From Candidatus Nanosynbacter sp. BB002 (GTDB taxonomy: Bacteria > Patescibacteriota > Saccharimonadia > Saccharimonadales > Saccharimonadaceae): 32,000 bases of DNA. The notes under the pieces were generated by a model. That model was not told the origin of the DNA. It saw nothing but the letters and a program-made list of their open reading frames with translations, and did not search any database. Position 1 is the stretch's first letter. Every line of letters starts with the position of its first letter. A program made the position numbers and the translations under genes. The stretch covers positions 210,001-242,000 of the forward strand of contig NZ_CP146064.1 in assembly GCF_037013405.1 (NCBI RefSeq), written 5' to 3'. This document shows positions 24,634 to 31,676 of this stretch, one piece after another.

Positions 24634-25536
24634 ATGTCACTGCTTGGCAGGAAAAAAATAAAACAGCGGTCACCGGCCAACAATAGTCCGCGTCGAATGC
24701 GTGATGATATCATCAAAGAATCGTCCGCCTTCCAGCTCAACCGTACCATCAGTAGCTTTCGAAAGCAGCAAGATGAAGTCTCTGAGCGAACCATCCACCA
24801 TAAACGCCAGGATCTACAAAAAGCTTTCATGCAGCGGATAGGTATGATATTAGCTGCTTTGGTGGTGTTGATTCTATTGTCTTTCCAGCTGTCGCTATCA
24901 ATCTCCATACAAACGCCTGATACAGCCAGCGGTCAGCAAGCTGCGACCTACAAGAAGGTTTTAACTGATTATTATGCTTCACGCCCTGCTGAGCGATTCA
25001 AGCCATTCCTCAACCAAGACGCATTGCATCAATATTTCCTTTCTCACGCGCCAGAGGTCAAAACCGTGCGCATAGAGACATTTGGCGCTGGTATGGCGAC
25101 CGCTAAACTCACGTTTCGCCAGCCGCTTGCGCAGTGGTCTTCTGGTGAAAAGACATATTTTGTTGATGAATCGGGCGTAACGTTTGAACGTAATTATTTT
25201 GCACCACCAAAGCTGACTGTTAAAGACCAAAGTGGTGCACCGCTTTCTGGTGGGCAAGAGGTGGTCAATCAACGTTTTTTGAGCTTTTTGGGGCAGGCTG
25301 TTTCGCAATTTACCAAGAACAAGCTATCCGTTTCAGAGATTGTCTTGCCGCAAGATACCGTTCGTCAAGTGCTGTTCTTGATTGAGGGTAAGGGCTATGC
25401 AGTCAAGATGACCGTCGACAGGGCAGCAGTGGCACAAGTTGAGCAAGCCATTAAAGCTATGCGCTTCATCGACGAGAGGCGACTGCGACCAGAGTATCTC
25501 GACGTGCGGGTAGACCAACGAGTATTTTATAAATAG
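24634..25536 (+). CDS. FtsQ/DivIB-like cell division protein (TM + POTRA)
   Basis: TM helix IGMILAALVVLILLSF. POTRA-like VKTVRIETFGAGMATAKLTFRQPLAQWSSGEKTYFVDESGVTFE. The ATG abuts the murG stop; GGGGAGG SD. Confidence 0.65.
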   Translation: MSLLGRKKIKQRSPANNSPRRMRDDIIKESSAFQLNRTISSFRKQQDEVSERTIHHKRQDLQKAFMQRIGMILAALVVLILLSFQLSLSISIQTPDTASGQQAATYKKVLTDYYASRPAERFKPFLNQDALHQYFLSHAPEVKTVRIETFGAGMATAKLTFRQPLAQWSSGEKTYFVDESGVTFERNYFAPPKLTVKDQSGAPLSGGQEVVNQRFLSFLGQAVSQFTKNKLSVSEIVLPQDTVRQVLFLIEGKGYAVKMTVDRAAVAQVEQAIKAMRFIDERRLRPEYLDVRVDQRVFYK

Positions 25537-25726
25537 GGGATATAGGTTAGTGAAGTGGGGTATCACCCAGCCTGATGCCTTGTTCTCTTTTTGTTCTAAA
25601 ATGAGAATGGCAAAAATATATATTACAATATGCAAAAACCAAAAAGTCAAATGTAGGGAATCCACAAAAAAACAGAGCGGGGGAATAAAAAAAGAAAAAA
25701 GTCAAATACAGGTCGATCATCCAAGA

Positions 25727-25759
25727 TGTTATAATGTGGAAAACTGATCACGGTATAAT
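25727..25759 (+). promoter_or_regulatory. two tandem -10 promoter-like elements (TGtTATAAT 25727-35; cggTATAAT 25751-59) with no ORF behind them
   Basis: Read directly. The downstream 680 nt contain no ORF of 60 aa or more in any frame. Confidence 0.4.
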
Positions 25760-26420
25760 GTAGTAAATACTACGTTGGGCGCTTGTAGTTTTACTGCATG
25801 GGTCTTTCAGAAGCCATACAAGCGTGTGGGTATATACTTATATTTCAAGGCACAGTGTGTGATGAGTAATGATAAGAGCAAAAGTTACAATTTGTTCGCG
25901 CAGTAGAAGATGGTAGACTCCAAAGCCCCTGCTTAGTTAGCTGGATATATCCTTATATAGCTATGTGTGCCGCACTCATTATCATACATGGTTATCTCCT
26001 ATACAGTTCGTAAAACATACATTGTGCGACATTAAGAATATTTCTCTTTTATGAATACACACTCATTGATTTTGATATGTTACAATTGGATTTTAGTTGC
26101 CTGTGGCGTTTGGTCGGTTAAAAATTACTTAGCTTGCCCTTTGCCATATGTCTGTTGATCATTTTGTCTATATCGTGAATTTCTAGCTTCTGGATCTTGA
26201 GCCTTGAGGCTCCTTGTTTACCGAACCATAGCAATATATCAGGATGCTATGGCTATGTGCTGGCGTACGGTATATGCTAATATTTTAAGTTCCCTTTTTG
26301 TTCTATAATCCTTCAGTGACTAACGCATGTGAGGTTTGACGGAAGGCGAGGTTGGTGCCGTGTCAGCTGGGCAGGGATCACTTCTCTGCCGCCTTAGATA
26401 CGGTTGCTGTTTTTGCTGGA

Positions 26421-26429
26421 TGATATTAT
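26421..26429 (+). promoter_or_regulatory. extended -10 promoter (TGaTATTAT), 9 nt upstream of the ATG at 26439
   Basis: Read directly. Confidence 0.45.
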
Positions 26430-26438
26430 CATAGGGAT

Positions 26439-26894
26439 ATGAGAGTTATTTCACCTGACAATAGGGGTTTGCACGAGATAGTACCGTCGGTAGATTTGTT
26501 TTTAGCGGGAGGTATTACCAATTGCCCAGACTGGCAAGCGGAGGCGCTCGCGCTGCTACGCGATCAAGACATAGCAGTGGCCAATCCACGTCGTAAGAGA
26601 GCACTAGCCCTTCAAGGCAAAGGAGCAACGCATCAGATAGAGTGGGAATATGGATACCTCAAGCGGGCGCGAGTGGTGTTGTTTTGGTTTCCAAAGGAGT
26701 CCCTCTGCCCTATCGCGCTGTTTGAGCTGGGTAAGGAACTTGAGAGCGGATCGCGTGTGGTGATTGGCGTACATCCAGAGTATTCGAGACGATTTGATAT
26801 CATTACACAGGTGCGCTGTTATGACCCTGATTTTCCAATATATAGTGAGCTTGCTGATGTGGTGCAAGCTGCTGTAGGTGCGCTTAGTATTTGA
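26439..26894 (+). CDS. nucleoside 2-deoxyribosyltransferase-like protein
   Basis: VDLFLAGGITNCPDWQ, then IEWEYGYLKRARVVLFWFP...PIALFELGKEL. This matches the flavodoxin-like NDT/DNPH1-type pattern (LAGG...W, W-E, FELG). Recollection of the family pattern only. Confidence 0.6.
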   Translation: MRVISPDNRGLHEIVPSVDLFLAGGITNCPDWQAEALALLRDQDIAVANPRRKRALALQGKGATHQIEWEYGYLKRARVVLFWFPKESLCPIALFELGKELESGSRVVIGVHPEYSRRFDIITQVRCYDPDFPIYSELADVVQAAVGALSI

Positions 26895-27023
26895 TAAAAT
26901 GACATCAACCGCATAGCTGGACAGCGTTATAGTTCCCTAATAATTTAGATATTGGTATAATCCTTACTTAAGGGACTGTAAAACTATTGTAGCTGAAGGT
27001 GTCGGCTATTGTAATGGTTTGTT

Positions 27024-29666
27024 TTACGCAGCACTCTTCTTCCGCCTACGTCGCCGCTTTTTTGGTGCGGTGGTAGCAGTTGAGTCAGCTGTGGTGTTTG
27101 CGCTATTGCCGCGGATCTGCAAAACGACTTCATTGCTGTTTGGGGCTGGTTGCGGCTGGGCTGGACGGGCATTGGCAGTAGCAATAGGTTGCTGAGCTGG
27201 CTGTTTGGTAATTGGCTGAGCGGCGGGCCGAGGCGCCTGCTTCTGCGGCTGTGGTTGCGGCATGATAGCCGCATTGATTTCTTTTTCAACATCCTCCCTG
27301 CTCCGTGAGTACATGCGTCGTGAATGCTCGATGATGTGCAGGGTATTATCGGCCTGGCTTGGCGGAAGTTCGAGGGTGCGTGCGGAGAAGGCTGGCGTCT
27401 TCTCTCCCCCGATGACCATGTTGATGACAAAGTTACGATTGTGCATCTGCAAGAGGTCGACGGCTTCAAAATTCGGCTCAAATTGTTTGGCGAGAATTGG
27501 TGCGTCATCAGCAGACACGCGGAATGAGATCATGGTGCCGACGTTGCCAAAGACTGCATCGCGCACGGTTTCATTCATCTGTGAGATGTACTGGTTGGCG
27601 ACGGTCAGGTTAAGGCCGTATTTGCGGGCTTCGGACAGGATGGTGGCGAATGAGTCGGTGGCGAAGTTCTGGAACTCGTCAACGTAGAGGTAAAATGGGC
27701 GGCGGTCGCGGATATCTGGGATGTCAGAGCGCGACATAGCGGCCAGCTGAATCTTGGTGACCAAGAATGAACCGAGGATGGCGGCGTTGTCCTCGCCGAT
27801 GAGGCCCTTGGATAGATTCACGATGAGGATTTTGCCCTCGTCCATGATTTGGCGGATATTGAAGGTGGATTCGGGCTGGCCGATGATGTTGCGGATGATG
27901 GGGTTGGCAGTAAAGGCGCCGACTTTGTTGAGGACTGGCGCGACCGCCTCGGCGACGAACTTGTCGTTCCAGCTGGCGAATTCGACGTTCCAGAATTGCA
28001 AGACCACGGTGTCGCGGCAATAGCCCAGCGTTTCTTTGCGGAAATTTTTATCAGTTAGCATGCGGGTGATGTCGAGCATGGTCGTCTCTGGCCGGTCGAG
28101 CAGCGCCAGGATGGTGTAGCGCAAAATATACTCCAGTCGCGGCCCCCAACTCTCGCCGAACATGCGCTTCAAAACGCCGATGACCTCTGATGAAATGTTC
28201 GTTTTTTGGTTCGGGTTGGTGACTTCCAGCGGGTTGAAGCCGAGTGGATAGGCGGTGTCGGCCGGGTTGAAATAGACGACGTCGTTCAGGCGTGAGCCGG
28301 GGATAAATTTCATGTTGTTGATGGCGAAGTCGCCGTGCGGGTCGATGATGGCGTAGCCTTGGTTGTGAAAGATGTCACTGAGCGCGAATAATTCAAGCAA
28401 CCCAGACTTACCTGCTCCGGTCTGACCGATGATGTAGACGTGGCGCGAGCGGTCGTAGCGCAGCATGCCGAATTGGTGGTTGATACCGCGGAAATTGGTG
28501 ACGCCAAAGGCGGAAATCTGGTCGTCATTGGCGTCGCTACCAGTCAGGACAGGTAGCTTGGACGGCGGTTCGGCGGTTTTAGCACTGGCCCAGACGATGT
28601 TTGGCGTCTCAACATTGGTGTGTGGCAGGTGAAAGACAGAAGCCAGCTCTTCGATATTGAGGATGAAACCATCGCCAAAAAATGCACGACGACGATATTT
28701 TTCTAAAAATTCTTTGCCGTAGGCGGCTTTGATGGGCTTAAAGCCGTTTAGGTTTGTAGAATTAAACTGTTTGAAAGTCCCCACCAAGGCTTGCATGCGC
28801 AGCTTGGCGTTGGTTTGGTTCTCTCCCAGATATGCTAAGCGGATTTTTACTTCGTAGCCCAGTTTGGTGGCTTTCTTTTCAGCTTCAGCGATGCGAGTTT
28901 TATTGCGCTCAGATATTTCTGGACCCTTGCCGCCAGCCAATCCTTCCTCTGGTGGTCGCCACAAAGCAGCAAACAAACCACCGAGCCACCGCATGCTACC
29001 ACCAACACTTGGTAGGATGCTGGCAGAGCCTTCACGCAGGCGTGATATCCAGTGGTCAGCTTCGATTTGCCATGAGTCCTCAACTGGTTTAGCCAGCACT
29101 TGAATCCACAATTCTTCGCCTGTTGACTCTAGCTTTGCTAATGTTCCCGTGATGCCAGCCAGCGGGTCAACTTCAAAGGTTTGGAATGTTTTGATTGGTA
29201 AAAATTCAGACGCCGTCAAAGTCATCTCAGTAGTGTATGTTACTGAATGATCACGTTCGTGCTCGGTATAATCTTCACTAGCCTGGTGAATTTGGACGGT
29301 TGGGTATTGGGCGTAGATTTGCCCCTCGACGAAGCTCTGCAGAGACCGCGGTGTCCAGACATAGAACCGGATTTGCCCATTGACCGAAGCCACCTCAAAA
29401 CTCAAATGTTCCTGCGCTCCCCTGCTCAGTTTGAGTTCACGTTTATCACGCAGGATGCCGTGCAAGCTGGCAAACAACTGCTCAGCAGCAAGCTCTTTCT
29501 TATCATTGGTTTTTGGGATCTCCAAAATGAGCAAAACGTTGTCGCTCGAGATAAATTCATTGAGCTGTTGATAATTGCGCCACGTCAAAAAAGATAACAA
29601 AATAACCAGCGGCAACCAAACATACCACTGCATCAATAATGTTATAGTCCAGGAAAATATTTCCAT
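27024..29666 (-). CDS. VirD4/TraD-like type IV coupling-protein-family ATPase with a large unique N-terminal domain and a low-complexity basic tail
   Basis: N-terminal TM helix (WYVWLPLVILLSFLTW), Walker A GQTGAGKS (28404-28427), GYAIIDPHGDF, Walker B FYLYVDEFQNF (DE at 27675-80), ARKYGLNLTVANQYISQM (TraG/TraD C-terminal-type motif). TGGGATAAT lies 8 nt before the ATG. Confidence 0.75.
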   Translation of the reverse strand: MEIFSWTITLLMQWYVWLPLVILLSFLTWRNYQQLNEFISSDNVLLILEIPKTNDKKELAAEQLFASLHGILRDKRELKLSRGAQEHLSFEVASVNGQIRFYVWTPRSLQSFVEGQIYAQYPTVQIHQASEDYTEHERDHSVTYTTEMTLTASEFLPIKTFQTFEVDPLAGITGTLAKLESTGEELWIQVLAKPVEDSWQIEADHWISRLREGSASILPSVGGSMRWLGGLFAALWRPPEEGLAGGKGPEISERNKTRIAEAEKKATKLGYEVKIRLAYLGENQTNAKLRMQALVGTFKQFNSTNLNGFKPIKAAYGKEFLEKYRRRAFFGDGFILNIEELASVFHLPHTNVETPNIVWASAKTAEPPSKLPVLTGSDANDDQISAFGVTNFRGINHQFGMLRYDRSRHVYIIGQTGAGKSGLLELFALSDIFHNQGYAIIDPHGDFAINNMKFIPGSRLNDVVYFNPADTAYPLGFNPLEVTNPNQKTNISSEVIGVLKRMFGESWGPRLEYILRYTILALLDRPETTMLDITRMLTDKNFRKETLGYCRDTVVLQFWNVEFASWNDKFVAEAVAPVLNKVGAFTANPIIRNIIGQPESTFNIRQIMDEGKILIVNLSKGLIGEDNAAILGSFLVTKIQLAAMSRSDIPDIRDRRPFYLYVDEFQNFATDSFATILSEARKYGLNLTVANQYISQMNETVRDAVFGNVGTMISFRVSADDAPILAKQFEPNFEAVDLLQMHNRNFVINMVIGGEKTPAFSARTLELPPSQADNTLHIIEHSRRMYSRSREDVEKEINAAIMPQPQPQKQAPRPAAQPITKQPAQQPIATANARPAQPQPAPNSNEVVLQIRGNSANTTADSTATTAPKKRRRRRKKSAA

Positions 29667-29675
29667 GCTATTAAA

Positions 29676-29684
29676 TTATCCCAT
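29676..29684 (-). promoter_or_regulatory. extended -10-like element (TGgGATAAT on the minus strand), 8 nt upstream of the ATPase ATG at 29666
   Basis: Reverse complement of attatccca, read directly. Confidence 0.45.
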
Positions 29685-29703
29685 ATTTGATGTAACAATA
29701 CAA

Positions 29704-30759
29704 TCAGGCTTGTTGCTGTTCAAACACGTAAGTGGCTTTGGCGACACGCTTGAACTGTGATTTTGACTGCAGGTTTAACAAAATAGTCGTTTCTTTGACT
29801 TGGCGTTTGTCCAAAACTCGTTTGATGATCTCGTCGCGGTGCAGTGGCTGATCAGCTTCTTTGAGGATGTCGGTGATGATATCAGCAACAGTGCCGCGGC
29901 TGTAGCCCCATGAGTCCAGCGCATAGATACCGCGACCGATCAGCACGAAGCGGCTATCTTTGATGAGTTCGTTGTGAATCGCTTGTGTGGTGACGTTTTT
30001 GCGCTTAAAATCGCTGTCTTTGATGGCCTTGGCGATCTCTGAAAAGTGCATTGGTTTGCCGTTGTCGTCCAGGATGACAAAAATTTTGTCGCGAATATTT
30101 TTCGGATTGACGGTTGGCCACTTGATGAGTCCCCAGTTCCCTTTCAGCTCAGCCAGCTTCTTGCTGATGGACGCCAGTGCTGCGATATTCTGTGGATGCT
30201 CATAGTCCATGGACTCGTGAATTGCTTCAGCGGTGATTGGCTGGCCGTGTTTTTTGATGAATTTAACAATTTCTTCAACTTGTTTTTTCACTGACTTTTC
30301 GTCACCGACGGATGAGATGACCGCGGACTGATAGAAATCGTCATTTTCATTGATAACAGTCAAGCCTGGCGCTAATTCTGCCAAGAAAGCGACAGCTGAG
30401 CGCTCCAGGAGTGTCGCATCACGACCCAAAATGTGCGATGTCAAGTTTTGCATACGAGCACCACGGCCCATTTCTGACAGATGCGAAACGATGAGCTTTT
30501 CGGCAGAATTAACAGATGGCAATTTGTCTTCTGCTACTGACGCACGCAGTTTGGTGAGGATGGCTTTTTCAAGTTGACGAACGCGCTCACGAGTAATGCC
30601 CAGCATCTCACCGATCTGTTCCAATGTCTCTTTCCTGTCTTCCAGCCCAAAGCGACGTGAAATGATTTCACGCTCACGCTCTTGAGAAATGCTACCAAGA
30701 ATATCCGCAACCGCTGTATTCAAACTCTCTGCCGCGTCAGCTATTTCTGGTTTGCTCAT
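29704..30759 (-). CDS. sigma-70 region 4-like HTH protein with two C-terminal HARE-HTH-like domains (not a complete sigma factor)
   Basis: REREIISRRFGLEDRKETLEQIGEMLGITRERVRQLEKAILTKLR is a region 4 / LuxR-like HTH; no region 2 is present. The C-terminal repeats IRDKIFVILDDNGKPMHFSEIAKAI...RFVLIGRGIYAL and VADIITDILKEADQPLHRDEIIKRV...FKRVAKATYVF fit the HARE-HTH pattern. The track TTG at 30846 contains the TATAAT at 30828-30823, so the ATG at 30759 is preferred. Confidence 0.65.
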   Translation of the reverse strand: MSKPEIADAAESLNTAVADILGSISQEREREIISRRFGLEDRKETLEQIGEMLGITRERVRQLEKAILTKLRASVAEDKLPSVNSAEKLIVSHLSEMGRGARMQNLTSHILGRDATLLERSAVAFLAELAPGLTVINENDDFYQSAVISSVGDEKSVKKQVEEIVKFIKKHGQPITAEAIHESMDYEHPQNIAALASISKKLAELKGNWGLIKWPTVNPKNIRDKIFVILDDNGKPMHFSEIAKAIKDSDFKRKNVTTQAIHNELIKDSRFVLIGRGIYALDSWGYSRGTVADIITDILKEADQPLHRDEIIKRVLDKRQVKETTILLNLQSKSQFKRVAKATYVFEQQQA

Positions 30760-31003
30760 GGTATATTCCAAGTATCCTCTCTGCCACACCCTGCATATAT
30801 TTTTATCATCTCTATGTGCTTGATTATACAACAATATGTAACTCAAGTCAAATATTTGTGCTGCTTTTACAAATTATAGCACGTTCTTTACGATTTTTGC
30901 AATGGGTTGTTTGATGTATATACAATAAGCGGTTTATATGGTATGGCACTAGTGATTACGGCTATGCTTTGTAAAATATGAGCTATATTATATAGTTATC
31001 ATT

Positions 31004-31654
31004 ATGAATGAATTAGGAAAAACCTCGATGGAAACAACAGCGTCTCTAGAAGACTTGAAAGCGGTGCAAAATTTCATCATTGACTGCTTGGCAGATGGGC
31101 AATCAATGACGGTGCCGCAGCTATCTCAGCAGTGGTGCGAAGCTCACGGCTCCAAGTCTCTCATTAAAGCTGGTCTGTTTAATGAAACAATTCGACAAGC
31201 ACTAAGTGAAATTGAAGCTGAGGAGGACGGGTCTTTTGAATGTTTGAAAAAAACGGTTGTTCAAGATACTAATACGACCGTCACGTACTACCACCTTAGT
31301 GGTGCGTCTGAAGGATATCAACCAGCCGTAATGGAGCCTGTTAATTCGGAGAGGTTTGTGCCTCCGCTTCAGGCTGCCATTAATGAGGTTGTTGGTAATC
31401 ATGATGCAGTAAATCCAGACTGGGATATGCGCAAACTATGTGCTAAGAGAGCGGTTGGTACATTTACTACTAAGCTGTGTGAAAAATGTCCAGTAAAGAC
31501 TGACTGCCTGAAGACTGCGCTTGCGGAAGAGGCTCGATTTAGTACTAAGGATGTTAAAACGTTAGGTGTCAAGGGTGGTTACGCTCCTCGTGATCGGTTA
31601 GGACTCTTAAAGGAAATCAAGGAAAAAATACACGAGACTGACCAAAAGTCATAG
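31004..31654 (+). CDS. WhiB-like (Wbl) Fe-S cluster protein with a 140-aa N-terminal extension
   Basis: C146-x12-C159-x2-C162-x5-C168 within LCEKCPVKTDCLKTAL, followed by GVKGGYAPRDR (compare GIWGG...R). TATAGT at 30991-96 is 7 nt before the ATG. Confidence 0.55.
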   Translation: MNELGKTSMETTASLEDLKAVQNFIIDCLADGQSMTVPQLSQQWCEAHGSKSLIKAGLFNETIRQALSEIEAEEDGSFECLKKTVVQDTNTTVTYYHLSGASEGYQPAVMEPVNSERFVPPLQAAINEVVGNHDAVNPDWDMRKLCAKRAVGTFTTKLCEKCPVKTDCLKTALAEEARFSTKDVKTLGVKGGYAPRDRLGLLKEIKEKIHETDQKS

Positions 31655-31676
31655 TCATCCCTAAATGCGAATATCA

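Noticed and set aside
25537-25600. GGGGATATAGG...GTGGGG at the end of ftsQ, considered as a possible tmRNA 5-prime end.
   Set aside because: No tRNA-like 3-prime end (T-loop GGTTCRA, CCA-proximal acceptor complement) and no tag-peptide reading frame could be found downstream.
25550-25747. 65-aa ORF (GTG start) immediately after ftsQ.
   Set aside because: It has a GTG start without SD or a -10 at leaderless distance. The lysine-rich, low-complexity product is what A-rich DNA would yield by chance. Its 3-prime end overlaps the tandem promoter elements.
25859-25985. Possible long-range pairing between GTGATGAGT (about 25859-67) and ACTCATTAT (about 25974-82) in the ORF-free region.
   Set aside because: Only 6-7 contiguous complementary bases are present. 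This is not distinguishable from chance in AT-rich sequence without covariation data.
26335-26395. Local resemblance to SRP (4.5S) RNA: GACGGAAGGCGAGG...GGTGCCGTGTCAGCTGGGCAGGG versus E. coli CCGGAAGGAAGCAGCC...GUGCCGGGAUGUAGCUGGCAGGG.
   Set aside because: The conserved helix-8 3-prime strand motif (GGAAGCAGCC) is not present, the bases flanking the GGAA do not form a closing helix, and no complementary 5-prime strand was found. Probably chance similarity, though cmscan should confirm.
26984-27508. 174-aa ORF on the minus strand, and several 60-140-aa ORFs on both strands within 27024-29666.
   Set aside because: These are alternative-frame shadows inside the 880-aa ATPase gene, whose own frame carries unambiguous Walker A/B and TraD-type motifs.
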